DNA of 57,677 nucleotides, the filler included, from Sluysia triapertura (taxonomy: Eukaryota): the NCBI GenBank assembly GCA_046118255.1. It is 4 parts of 4 records of this genome, joined end to end, with 100 filler letters (N's around TTAATTAATTAA, not from the genome) between each part and the next. Parts side by side here need not be neighbours in the genome. Positions count along the whole stretch, not along the records: positions 16,888 to 34,499 come from JBJNIA010186946.1; positions 34,600 to 46,136 come from JBJNIA010183568.1; 2 more parts are not named here. The stretch is one strand, 5' to 3'. The notes under the pieces are model-generated. The model was not told the DNA's origin. It did no database searches and saw only the letters and a list, made by a program, of their open reading frames with translations. The position numbers and the translations under genes were made by a program. Of this stretch, positions 25,916 through 39,300 are shown one piece after another (the first letter of the stretch is position 1; every line of letters begins with the position of its first letter).

Positions 25916-26274
25916 TAGCTAAATTCATAATTTCATAATCCGATAATTTTAGGAACATTTAGATTAGCTTTATTTTTCAAGAATTTTATTAAACAAATCA
26001 TTCATCAAAGTGCTTATGTTCGAGCCATGCATCGTAAGATCGCTAAAACAATTATTTAATCAATCATAACTTAAACGAAAATTTAATCTATCGTTTTTTT
26101 GAAATAACAATATTTTAAACGTTCTCTATCATTGCCATCGTTAGTACAAAAAGTACATTAGATTAATACTTATCAAAAAAATTTGAGAATAATATGTATA
26201 CTTAGTACATCTCACCAGAAAAAACTAAACTATTTAAAATTTACATTTAATGTTGGTCACCCAATTAGAATAAA

Positions 26275-26440
26275 ATAAATCATAAATTATAAATCATAAA
26301 CTATAAATCATAAATCGTAACCAATAAGTCAACGTTATAAACTAGAAATATATAAATCACAAATCGTAAATTATAGACTAAAGCATAAACCAAAAACGAA
26401 TAATTAAATTAAACACTATAAATCATAAATCATAAGTTAT
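26275..26440. repeat. Degenerate heptamer tandem array (ATAAATC)n
   Basis: Repeated ataaatc / ataaatt / ataaact / gtaaatt units. Confidence 0.8.
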
Positions 26441-26583
26441 AGATTATCAACCGTATAGTAATTCTTTAAGAAAAATGTCAAGTTAAATGTAAGACTCTAT
26501 TATATAATTAGAGTTATTGTTTACCCATATATCAAAATTTGCATAAATATTATCATAATTCTCAATAGATTTCGCAAACTCAT

Positions 26584-26811
26584 CTAACCACAGTAATTCC
26601 TTTTCGACTCTATTAAATGTAGAAAATTTTGTAGCAGGTATGGAGAACACGTACGCCTGATATCTTTTTCGAATCTATTTTTAGAACTATAATTATAAAA
26701 CAAAATAAACCCTAACATTATCAACACTCCTACTGCTGTAATTAACATCATTAACATGATTATATGTAAAATCATGCCTGTTGTAAATCGTCGTATTCGT
26801 TTTTGCGTCAT
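26584..26811 (-). CDS. Small putative single-pass membrane protein (75 aa)
   Basis: ATG start, basic N-terminus (KRIRR), long hydrophobic stretch (MILHIIMLMMLITAVGVLIMLGFILFY), polar tail. Confidence 0.35.
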   Translation of the reverse strand: MTQKRIRRFTTGMILHIIMLMMLITAVGVLIMLGFILFYNYSSKNRFEKDIRRTCSPYLLQNFLHLIESKRNYCG

Positions 26812-27382
26812 TCATAGTAGTTATATTTATTATTGAATTTATGAAAATTCTGATGTATAATAAATTTTATTTGACCATTTACTACAATATTTTGATGAAA
26901 GATAATTTTAAATCGTACAAAGATCTGCTAGATTCACGCATTTATGATTAATGATTAACATTAAGCATTATTTTAGCTATTAAATATTTTCTATTTTCAT
27001 AAAAGGAATCTTTTGTTAATTATCTTGATAGTCAAATATAATTTCAATAAACATGTATAAAAATATAATAATAAACAAATATTATGACAAGTATAATAAT
27101 AAACATATTGTCCTTGCTTTAATTTATAATAATATATAGTGTAAATACTACGCCAAATTATATATAAATGTGTTTCATTAAAATTGTTAATTTCTATAAA
27201 TGTAGATACTTGCAAAACAGGATACATTTCTTGGTTATTTTTTAATATTATATTTCCTACCTTTGTAAAAACTGTATAATTGATGTCGGGATTTAAATTA
27301 ATGCATGAAAATATGTTTTCATTTTCATTATATGTTACATGATGCATTATTTTGGCATATTATTTCTTCACTATTACTAATA

Positions 27383-28536
27383 TCATCTATTGGTATTATG
27401 TTTAAGTATTCCATTATATCTCATATTTTTATGTTCAGTATTAATTAAATCAGTAATAATTTTAATATCATCAATAATATCAATATCCATTTTATTATTA
27501 ATTACTTCTTTTTCAATTTCTTTTCCATTACTTTTAATTTCACCTTTATTGTTTTCCTTTGGAAATAGTGTAAAAATTTCACTCATACTTATTTTATCAT
27601 TCTGTGGTATTTCATCGCCTATTTTTTGCCTTTGCAACTGTAAAGTCAACTCTTTTATTACTTCTTTCATATTTTATTTTCTTCATTAAATTAATCAACT
27701 TGATTACACAATACTTGAGAAACTGGACTTTTACTACGCTTTCTTTTATTTCTATTTTCCAAATTACTCCTGCTTCTATAATTATTATCGTATGAATTTC
27801 GATACCAATAATTATATTTATTAATGTTCATTCATAAACCGTGATCTACTTTGTTCCATTTTTCTATTATACGTATGTCGCCTATGGTGCACTCTATCTA
27901 AAACTCCTTACACTATATTTCTATCGTTATCACAACGCTCATTATTCGAGAGATTACTGTATTTGAAATTATTTTGATTATTTGAATATTAATTTATTCG
28001 TATCAACATCGGTACGAATTATGGGCTCAGTATTCATCACATTGGACTGGTGTGCAATTCCCGTTATACTTTCTAGATTTCAGGCTTTTTGTACTAATTT
28101 GTCTAACATTAAAAGCTGTGTTCTTATCAGTTCCTTATACCCATCTATAATTTTTTTAGTAATTAATTCAATTTTTTGTTCATGTGTAAAACTTAGGTAT
28201 GCCTTATTTGCTAATTGTTTTAAGTCAAATAAAAATTGTGCAAGTGTTTCGAAAGTTTTTAAAATTAACGAATTTAGAATCTTTAGGCGACAATTGATTT
28301 CTAAAGTCACAAATTAAATTTTGATATAAATTTTTATTCTCTTCGGGAATGTTTAAATAAGCTTCTAAAGCTTTTCCTTTTAAATGGAGCGGAAAGAGCT
28401 TACACTGAACTTCTTCATCCCAACCTTACTTTTTCGTATAAAGTTACTATTTGTTAACAAAATTCGATAATGCATCTGGATTTCCATCAAATGATTCCAA
28501 TGGGAGTACAAAAGATGGTGCTGGCTCGATATTCAT
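27383..28536 (-). mobile_element. Disrupted Ty3/Gypsy-like gag
   Basis: MNIEPAPSFVLPLESFDGNPDAL...GWDEEVQCKLFPLHLKGKALEAY and ETLAQFLFDLKQLANKAY are typical retrotransposon capsid motifs. Stops and frameshifts; lies about 95 nt downstream of a PBS. Confidence 0.82.
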
Positions 28537-28628
28537 TCCTTTTTTCTTCGCGTTTTTGTCATATAATGTTAAATCTGAAATTATAAAATTATTCTTTGAT
28601 TAGAACAAATCTATATAATAAAATTATA

Positions 28629-28639
28629 CTGGTTCACCA
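28629..28639 (-). promoter_or_regulatory. Primer-binding site TGGTGAACCAG
   Basis: TGG start, located 1 nt from the inferred LTR end and just upstream of gag. Two transitions from TGGCGAGCCAG, the recalled complement of the tRNA-Arg(ACG) 3' end; the primer identity is inference. Confidence 0.6.
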
Positions 28640-28640
28640 A

Positions 28641-29389
28641 AGTTTATGTTGTGTCTTTTAATACTTTAATTTTCCCAAATTATTAGATTAAAACTCAATA
28701 AGTAAATAAATTAAAAATGTCGATATATTCCTTACAATATCACAAAATTACAACTAAAATATTTTTATAACAACAAATTATTCTTTATAACAATAAATTT
28801 ACAAATTATTCTTTATAATAAGATGACTTATTCTTCAATGACAAATATTAACCAGGGTTGACACAACTTATTTACATTTTCGCACCTGTATTAATACAAA
28901 ATTATAATCAATATAAAATAATTTACTAATCCTTCTTCCTCTAACTCTAAAAACTTATTTTAATCAATTACTAAAGAATAAGCCTCGATATTACCGTGAA
29001 CCAAAAATTTATCAAAGCAGCGTCCCTACAGCTAGAAAGTCTTCTTTCATTTTCTTAATTCGTATATCTATTGTATTCTACTGATTTTCTTGCAGAAATG
29101 TAACTGCTTATATAGTAGTTTTTATGGTAATTAAAATCAGAAATTGGACAATACGGAAATTAAAGCTCTCGATTTTCTTTTAGTAGGCAATAAGCCGAAT
29201 AAATGTCGCAGCAATTTCCGTATATGTTCAACTTTATTATCATTTTAATTATCTAAAGATAATGGGATAATATCATCTAATTAAAATTTAAAATCATTGT
29301 CACATTGCTTTTATAATAATAACATAATTTGTCAACTTAATTTAAGGAGTATTTTGTATTAATACGTTGTGCATTAACCGTACGTTACA
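28641..29389 (-). mobile_element. 5' LTR (about 750 bp) of the gag-bearing element
   Basis: Minus strand begins TGTAAC at 29389, has CTATATAAGCAG (TATA) at 29115-29104 and ends beside the PBS. Confidence 0.68.
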
Positions 29390-29859
29390 CCATATAAGCA
29401 TCAATTTAATATATACTTTACTAATACTTAGACATCGGAACATATTTAACTTTAATTTTAAATTACAAAAATTAATTAAAATAACTAATTTTTACGTTGA
29501 CGTGCTTTGAAATACTTCATCATTAAAATTTTATTAAAACTCAATATTATATACTAAATCTAATATCATCATTCATGAGAAAACACTTTTACTGTGCTAT
29601 CAAATTACACAAATTTTTATTAAATTAATTAACATATGTACTTTAATATTTTAACAAATAAAACCTTGTAAAGGGTTATATCTTCATATTTCTCATTATT
29701 TTCTTTTAATTTAAGTATTTGATATACTTATTTTACCATTGCAGTTTATCATAATACCTCATCTTAATTCTTTAATAATGTTGAACTTATACTCTTATCT
29801 TGAGTCCTGATCCTTACAACTACCTTTATCCGTCACTAATCCCAACAATTCATTGTTCA

Positions 29860-29977
29860 AAATAAACAGTGTTCATATTATAAAACTCAACTTTCCATGA
29901 AAACCATATGGTTTTCAATAACTTTTGACTTAAATGTTCATATTAGGCAGGGTTCATATTGAACAGGGTTGACTGTA
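29860..29977. mobile_element. pogo/Tigger-like terminal fragment
   Basis: GGGTTGACTG|TA end (CAGTCAACCC-type TIR) with three subterminal GTTCATATT repeats. No partner end seen. Confidence 0.45.
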
Positions 29978-30360
29978 TTTAGTTATTTGACAATGGATCT
30001 TTTTAGTAGAAATATTATTATTGTAATAATAGTATTGAATCATTTTTTTAATGTGATAATACATATCATACTTATTTTTATTGTCCGGTGGTGGTAAGAA
30101 AATTTAAATTTACTGTTTAAAAAGAGTGGATATCCTTGGTTTGGAGGATCAAATATATTTTTTAATGGTTAACGCCATCACTTATTATAAACTTTTAATA
30201 ACGATGATGAATTGCTTGAATTTTGAGATTTTAAAAGAAATTTATCATAGTTAATGGAAATTTAATTTTTCTTATAATTAAAGTACAAATTCGAATTATT
30301 TATACCTTATATCATTTGTTTATTTTTGTACTTTATATAATTTAGTGTTTGTTTTAATTT

Positions 30361-30715
30361 GTGCAGCGAGGCACAATTTCTGAAAATTTTAAAAATGCGA
30401 CGTGTAAAAAGAAGTATGAGAATTCAAAAATATTTGGAAAATCGTATTGCGAAGACAGAAATAGTGCAAAGTAGACGATTTAATGGTTGTGTTGTTTAAA
30501 GCCTTCAAATTTTCTGTTCTCAAAGTAGCTGGCTCAGAAAATCTGCAGAATATTTATTACATATATTAAGAAATGTAGAAGCCGATGCTGAGTTTAAAAG
30601 TTTAGAGGCTGATCAAATACTAATTGGACATATGTGTGTTCGTGAAACTCACATGATCACTGTTAGAAAGAATTTCATATTTCAGTACATTTAATGAAGT
30701 CTATGTATCCATGAA
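30361..30715 (+). pseudogene. RPL17: Processed pseudogene of 60S ribosomal protein L17 (uL22)
   Basis: RGTISENFKN / IQKYLENRIAKTEIVQSRRFNGCV* / WLRKSAEYLLHILRNVEADAEFKSLEADQILIGHMCV aligns to RGSNLRVHFKN...KYLKDV...VPFRRYNGGV...[37 protein letters not shown]. Frameshift, stop, no introns; absent from the ORF track. Confidence 0.9.
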
Positions 30716-33700
30716 GTAAATGAATCCATAATTTTTAAATTCAAAAGTAATGAAATATTTAATCAATAGTGCTTATGGGTTTTTTTGTATTTTATAAGAC
30801 TTTCTCGATGTAACTATAAACTTTTTAAATTTCTGATGATTCCACTTTAATGTTTTAATGCTCTTTCTGAAATACAGTCTTATGCGTTAATCATATTTTT
30901 ATTTAATTTTATTATATGCGAAATTTAAATAGTAACATTAACAGCAGAAACAAATACATTCTAAATTATCATTATGTCAAATGTTATGTTCTAATTTTAT
31001 CTAATTTAAAAATACAAGTATGTATGTCTAATTCTATCTAAAAATAAGTCTAAAAAACAATAAATATTAATTGAAAAATTTTCTAATTCTAAAAATACAT
31101 ACAAACTCTAAAATTTATTTAAAGAAAAATCAATAAATATTAATGTTAATAAATTTATGTTTTAATACTCTTAAATAAAATATAAGTAAAATGTTAATAC
31201 TTTTAAATAATAAAATGCTTGTGTATTATTAATAAATTTATAAAATAATGTATAAAATAATACAAAATAATAAATTTGTTTAAAAGAACCTAGTTGTTTA
31301 AAAACCTATATAAAGCTCTGTTATATTTTAAAAAACAATTGATTTTTTATCTGGAGTTCGATCGATTTTGATCGCTTTCTTGAATTCATAGTTTTTATAG
31401 CTCACATATAGGATATAAATTAATTTACTCGTTAGTTTTTTTTACAGTAAGCTTGCCTATTTTTTAATGACGAAAATTCAGACTGAAATTCCTTTATCGC
31501 CCCTATTAAAATTCAATTATTCACATTCATGATTATAATATAATCAGATAAATTCATTATTAATAATTATTTGTTAATTTTTATTTGTTGTTTGCCGTAC
31601 TTAACATATTGTAATATAAAATTCCATATTTTTACTTGAAATTATAGATAAGGTACGCCATTTTTACACGGACATAAAATATACTAAAAATAATAAAAGA
31701 AAGTCGATTTAAGGCACAGTTTTTTCTGTACGGTAGTAAACTCTGACGTAAAATTCTCATCTATTAAATTTAAATTAATTATTTTTATTTTAAAAGAATA
31801 ATATTGACTTTACAATACAAAAATAGTTGATTACTAATCTCAATTTACTATTTCTTTTGTTTGCTACCTACAACCTAGCCCTTAAGTAAGTAACTCTAAG
31901 ATTGTACGGGACTCACGTGTATAGCATTTTTTAAGACAAACACTGTCAGTTCTTGAAATTATAATCAGGTGCTTAAGACACGACCATGGCCAGAATAATG
32001 GAAATTATATTCTACAATAAATATTATTAAAAGTATGAAAACCTTTGCTACACATATCCAACAAATATTACAAATATTAAAAATACAATAAATATTATAA
32101 TAACATAAAAAGATCATAAATGAAAAATGATATTTTACGGGTTCTAATAAACTTTAATTTAAAAATTTTCCCCTCACTAGCTCGGAGTAAATAAAGATTA
32201 TTTACAAGAATTTAGATATATTTTAATATTTTAATCTGTAAGATTGAAACTCCTTAACAAATATAACTTAGTGAACGTAAAAGATTGAGATCCAATCGAA
32301 ATCCGAAATACCTTACAATATAATATCTCAAATTAATATGATTAATTGACTGAATCTACTTTGCTGATCGAATAAATCTCGGGATATCCCCACAAATCGA
32401 TGGATAAGATTTGCGTCTTTGAAATTAATAGTAACAATAAACCAATATCAATTTATTTTACTTAAATATAATCTCAAATAATTTCAATATTTACTAGATC
32501 TTTGTATAACTTATCACAAATTTTCTTATTTTAATAATGATATTTACTCAACCCAAAAATTACGTTTTTAATTCAAATTAATAACAATAAGTCAGTACTA
32601 TAATAATTACAAAAATAAATACAAGTCATTATTATAAGTTTCTCTTTTAACAATAAACAAATTTCAGAATTAACAATAATATTTATAACAATATTAAGAC
32701 CACAATAATCTATTATAAGAAACCAGAGGTGACGCAACAAACAAAAAATTAAAATTCCACTATATAAAGAAACTGAAATCAATAATAATAATAATTATAT
32801 CTTGTCAAACTTATATCTATTCTAACTTAATAACCGAAAAGCTGTAAAATAATTTGGGCAGAGAGTCAATTTACCGCTAGCTTACTAAAAATTTACCATA
32901 ATCATGGATCTTCCTTTCAATACGATTGTGTCTTAAAATTTTTAAGTATTTGCTTTTATATCACTCTTATTTTAACACAAATCATCAAAACCTCTTTAAA
33001 AGATTAAACCGACTAAAACGACTTTGACATTTACATGTCAAGCGAAACATAAAGATTCGATTAACAATCAATTGTTTTTCTTCTACTCTGCTCGATCTGT
33101 TTTTTCATGAATCACTTCTTACATTAAAATAAAAATAAATATTATTATTGACATACTTAAAAATGATGAATTTAACTTTAGTTTTTGCATTTTAATTAAT
33201 TCCTCACACTCAATTTTGTAATGGAAAATGTTTAAGGCTCTCATTCCCAAACAAACAATTTCACAAATATTTCAACCTCAGTTTCAGATTCTCCTTTTTC
33301 ATAACAATCATTTCATATTCAATTCATTATCTTTTCATCATTCTAAATATGAAAATTGTAACACATTTTAATTAAACAATAATTAAAATTCGACTTTGCT
33401 CAATATGGGGGCTTTCCTTATATGAACTCGGTCAAACCTTATATTCATCAGAAGATCTCTTTCATACGCGTACATGCACAATTACAATTTTAAAATAGCA
33501 TTCCTCATTCAAAAGTTATTCACACAAACGTAATTTTCTTAATTAAGTTAATTAAGATTTTAATTATTTAATTAATTATTTATTTATTTTATTCTAAGTT
33601 TAAAGGTTTTATTATGGTTATAAAGTTGTTAACTATTATATTCCTAACTGACATCGTCTATACCTAATTATGCCTTTGGGCATCGCAGTAAATACAGAAA

Positions 33701-34499
33701 GATCGTTCGTAGATACTACACATTAAATCATATCAGATTAGCCGTAATGATCTAATATTCCACAGCCCAGAACTGTGATTAACCATGATAGAATGGTTCG
33801 TCTTTGAACAAGTTTATCTTTAAAGTTACTAAAGTTAAAGTTTTATGTATATAATTCTGATTTTAATTTCAAACGCGTCAAAGCAATATTATCTTTATAA
33901 ACCGTATCTCTTGTGGATGTCAATAATAGCTAGAAGTTCAGAGTTTAAAATAGTATTTCGAATTTTATCAGTGAAAGCATTTCACGTGTGATGATCCAAA
34001 ACTAAGTCAATCTTTAAGTAACATAATTCTTGTACTAATAGCATTTTAAGAAAATACGATTTATGCTAATTAAATTTATTAAATAAAACTTAATAACTAG
34101 GTTGCTGTTTCAAATCGTATCAGACACCATAAGTGACGCATTTTGTAAAATACTATAAGAAAAGTAAATAAAGCTAAAGAATAAAAACTTAAAACTTAAA
34201 GTGAGTTCATCAACGTACTGGACTTACCAGCTAGAGCCAACTGTTGGATTTTCTAAATAAGTTAAAAATAAGTCTTAAGGAACAATATATGCTAAAGGAC
34301 TTTAAAATTGTTCCATATTCTGGAAGAGATTAAATTGTCAAAATATTTTAATTATAATTAAGTTTATAAATAGATTGTACGTTGATTCCTTTATACGGAA
34401 TCTTTGAAAATGATTTTTCGTAGCTAGAAGTAAACTCTAGCGGTTGAAAACACAGAACGAGTGATTTTATACTTAAAAGTATATAATTTAGAATAACAA

Positions 34500-34599
34500 N
34501 NNNNNNNNNNNNNNNNNNNNNNNNNNNNNNNNNNNNNNNNNNNTTAATTAATTAANNNNNNNNNNNNNNNNNNNNNNNNNNNNNNNNNNNNNNNNNNNN
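34500..34599. other. Assembly gap with TTAATTAATTAA linker
   Basis: Same 100-nt construct as 16788-16887. Confidence 0.97.
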
Positions 34600-35039
34600 T
34601 ATATATATATAATATTTACAAAAAAGGAAACCTCCTAGAAGAATACCCCAAATGGAAAAATAGAATTCAAAAGTGAAAGGTAAAATCTTCGCCAGAAATA
34701 CCCCCTCCCGAGACAAAAATATAGGATTAACAAAGGAAGAGTTATGATAGACCAAAAAAGAGAAAAATTAAAAGAAAAGGAAAGGAAGCTTACCAGGTAA
34801 GCTAAAATAGATATAGAGCTGGAAGGAATTCGACAGACTAAACGTATAGACCCAAGAAAATATATATGCCGCATGAAATAAATATAAATATAGAGGAAAA
34901 CGGTGCCCCAACAGTGTACACCAGGTGAACAGAAAAAGAAAATTTGGTAAAATGTGTACAAAATAATGCGGAAAAATGAAATGCTGGTAGGTCTAAGATA
35001 GTTACAGATCCACAAAGGAGGCTTCAAGTGGGACTCTGG

Positions 35040-36360
35040 AGAGAATCATCCTTAAAAATATTAAAAGACGACTCCAATAGCGCGCCAACTTAACTTTTAA
35101 GAGAATGTTATTTTCGGGATCCCATGAATCAAGTGCGCCAGCAACAAATGTATCAAAGGAAACCTGACATTTAAGTTCAGATTGGAGTTTCTACGGAATA
35201 TCAGAATACTTATTAATGTTAAGAGTCTCGCTGCCCTACATTTGTTACAGTCATACATAGGTGAATTGACATCGATCAGAAAGATTGGGTTGAATTAATG
35301 CCTTGCACCTAAATGTCGGGTCTTCGGTAGTTATCAGTAAGAGGGGTTTGCGTATCTTTCTTAACGGAAAAGTCCTTTTGTCCAAGTTAACCACAGAGGC
35401 ATTCATGTATCTTGTTAGTCTCACTGTACGACCTGTAACAGTTTGAGTTCAGAGACATAAGGGCAGTCGTTTCACGTCCAAACTCGCACCAGCAACATGT
35501 GACAAGAAGATGAAGCCTGTTATTTTGTGGGCAGAAATAATACTCCGTATTTGATTGGCATAGGTTCAGTAGTAAGACTGTTACGAAGTCTTACTATCTT
35601 CGTAAATATCCCTAAGAAGATTGAGAGTATGCTGGTTCAGGCCCATAGGGATAGGGTGTGCCAAATAAGTTGATGGGAAACAGAACCGAAATCATTTGTT
35701 AGGTCGAGGAAAATTACATGAAGTTCAATTTTCTTCGATTTCCTACGATTAAGGGATGCAATTATTTCTTGAAGGGAGTATAACAAAAAGTTATGTTCGG
35801 TGAAGCGCGGTTTGGTGAGTATTGATAAGGTTGCCGGAATGTCCCCGGGAAAGAAGGAGATCGTTAGGAATTTTAGTTAAAACCTGGTATGTCGTATCAA
35901 GGACTGCAATGGGTCGAAACGAGGAACTTATTAGGCTTGATGATAAGTAGAGGAGACACAAAAATTGTCTCGACGGATCGACGTTCTTAATTTGTTCGAA
36001 CGTGATTTTATTGGATCCTGGAGCGGAATTCTTACAGGACTTCAAGGTAGCCATAATCTCAACTTCTGTAATAGGATCGTAAGAATAGGTAACCAAGAAG
36101 TGTGTAGTGTACCGAACTGTGAAGTGTCAGTGGTGGGCACTATGCCACAACTGTAATAGTCACAGATCTCGGTCGCAAAAGGGTTAAGTGGAAAGGAGGC
36201 TGTGCCAGTGATAAGTTAGAACGCCTTGTTCTATTCTGCTGAATTTCCTTATTACCACTTTGTTACTTTTAAATCGAGGAAAGATGTTGGGAAACTTGGG
36301 AGTAAACAATTTATGAATCAAGTCACAAAATTCGGAAAATATTTCGTCGACAGAACCTTC
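35040..36360 (-). mobile_element. Internally deleted NeSL/Utopia-like RLE non-LTR retrotransposon
   Basis: PITEVEI..TLKSCKNSAPG.NKIT and FRPIAVLDTTYQVLTKI (RT domains 0-2); CCWCEFGRET (CCHC knuckle remnant); RRPDI*...LIDVNSP and VAGALDSWDPENN (restriction-like endonuclease; GALGSWDPxN motif). Confidence 0.88.
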
Positions 36361-39300
36361 ATCTGTAGTGTTTTAATCTAGTCGTCGATTTTATACATAA
36401 ATTCATACAAAGTCATAATTCAAGTCATATATAATTTACATATAAAACATTTTCTATATATGGCTACTTCAAAAGTTCTAGAATAAGTTATTAACCGCTA
36501 AAATTACGAGCAATTGTACACAAAATTGTATAATATCAAATAAACATCACACATTATTAATTCGTTGTACTCGACACAATTCATGAATTATGAAACTTCA
36601 AACCACAAAATCTTATAATAAAATCAAATCAAATAGACCAAATTATAATAACCAAATATGTTAATATTATGCTTTTGGTTTTAAGTGTCCTAGATTTTTT
36701 TATTCATTTATGTGCATAGGATCCTCTTTCCTATTTGTTATTTTAACACGTTATTGTACATTGTATCTATTATGCCACACTCTGTATTGTGGGTACTTAA
36801 CTTTTTTACGATTTCTCTATTGATATTATATTTTATTAAGCTAATGCTATGTTTAATGATTTGTAATATTGAATTGCTTTTGCACAATAAAAAGCAATTT
36901 TCTTTTATTATTTCAGATTTTATTGTCTGCCAATAGTGCTATGAAAAACTATAAGAAAGAATATAAATAGAGACATACATTTAACATACATGTTAGTGAA
37001 TGAAAATGAAAAACCACAATGGTAAACTCACCTGTTTTAATCCCAACTTGTGTGAAATTTAAAACAATTTAAGTAATGAAAAAATCCTATCGCAATGCTG
37101 TCGTACACTTGCATGAAAACTTTGTTACTAATCAACTAATTCTTTTAACTCATGAAAATGAAATACATTTTTACAATAGTAAACTAAATATTAATATAAA
37201 ATTTACTAAAACAAAATGAAAATTTTCTATTCTAATTTAATACCCGTACTTTTCTGAATAAATTAAACAAAGTTAAATTTTTATTTGTATAAATTACATC
37301 TTTATAAATCTCTTATTTTCCTTCCTCCACATATACTTTATCATTCAAAAATATTAATTTATAATAGAAATAACTACTAACACCAATTCTCTTGAGCATT
37401 TTAAACACGACGTCTGTATCATTTATAATAACTATACTACTTGTCTTCACTCTATATAGTGACAAATAAACATGTACAAATCTACATGAGGATTCCAGAT
37501 TCCTTAATTATTCATGCATTCATGTAGTTTCATTTCATTTCTATTATAAATCTGTCTATATATTCATTTATAGCTTTTAAATGAAATAAATTGGAGCCAT
37601 TAAATTGTTATTCGATTATAAGAGAAATAAAACTGTTTAAAGCTAAAATATTTAACAATATTTTGAACAATGCATCAAATTAAATGCATATAAAAATAAA
37701 TCAAAAAATTTAAAACCGTTTTTTTTGTTTTAAATTAATATTAAACTAAAATAATAATATAATGGATTCTGTCAAATATCGTTGTCTCTTGGGAAACTTT
37801 ATTTGCCTTTGATGCCAATTTTATTTAGAAAATAAGTAAAATAGGAAAAGTAAAAAATGATAATTATAATAAAACTTTGCATAAAACTTTCATGACAAAC
37901 ATATAAAATCATTTAACTTTTGGTAATTATTTAGAATTATTAATTAATTATCAGAAATTGTAGGTTTATTTTATAATTTTAAAATAAAACTTAAATATTA
38001 AATATACTAAAACCAATAATACTACTTTTTATTAAGAGAGATTTAGTTTATTTATTATTTAATGTTCTATATTATAACAACGTTTAACAAAGTTATAAGT
38101 TAAACTATAAAACTACTATTATTTATTTATGAAATTAAATTAGAATTATAAATAAGCTTGTAGTAAGTCATTTCTTTATTAAACACAAGTTTTACTCAAT
38201 AAGTCATTGCCATTCATATGTCGATATAATTTCGTCTTTTATATTAATATTTTTAGAATAAACATTTTTACTGACTTGTTACTATGTAAATAAACGAAAA
38301 CAAATAAACAACCTATATAAATAAATAAATAAAATTTATTTTTGTAATCTAAATAAACAAAATGGATAGAACCATATTAATTAAAAGTTTTACAATAATT
38401 AATTTAAAAAAAATAGATAAAGTTTTGTGATGCATTTGTTTTAATTTTTTGTATTTAAATTATAAACTAATAAATATTTAAAATAAATTTAATTAAATGG
38501 CGTCATTTTATAACAATGATTGAATTTAATAATTATAATCAGATATTATACAAAAAATACTATTATATTTAATTAAAAATTTAATAATAACTTTTCACTT
38601 GACCACAAAAGAATTTTGAATTGAATAAAAAAATAATTAATTAATTAACTTATTTTTAATCTTTTATTTAATTAAAACAAAAACAAAAAATTGAATTCGA
38701 AATAACAAAAGTAATCGAAATTACAAACATTTACAATCAGCAAATTTATTTTTCTCATTGTTCCGTTTTTCATATTTCGATTATTATCACCACATTAATT
38801 GTTACTGTTGCTGCTGATAAAATTATCGTGTTGTCTTATATTACGATTATTAACAACTCCAATTAACACAAATAAACATTTTAAGAAAATGTTTACTTTA
38901 ATTAAATAAATAAAACACGAAAAAAACAGAAGCAGAAATAGAAAAAAAACTATCAGATATTATCATCAACAAATAATTTTAAAAAATATTTTACTACTAA
39001 AAATTAAATTATTGTTAGCATAATTTTGGTAAAGAAAAATCACGAGAAATTTAACAAAAATAATTATTTAGTATATTATTTATTGTATAAAATTGTTTTT
39101 CTTGTTCTTTTTAAATTCATTTTAAATTTATCAGATGGAAATTTATCAAAAAATTATCTTTATGTTTTTTCGAATATTTTTTATTTTCTTTCGTATTTGT
39201 TATATAGTTTTATTATGTGCTTTAATTTCAGATTTATTACTATTTATTTAACGATTTTTGTTTATTAAATGTATTGTATTTCACAATCAGTATTGAATCA

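Noticed and set aside
27390-28317. Plus-strand hydrophobic ORFs
   Set aside because: Antisense shadows of the gag frame. The same applies to 7064-7297 and 17921-18121, which lie opposite plus-strand exons.
37026-37120. Strong minus-strand donor (AG|GTGAGT) as a candidate cic C1 exon
   Set aside because: All three upstream frames contain stops within about 80 nt and none resembles C1; at most a non-coding exon.
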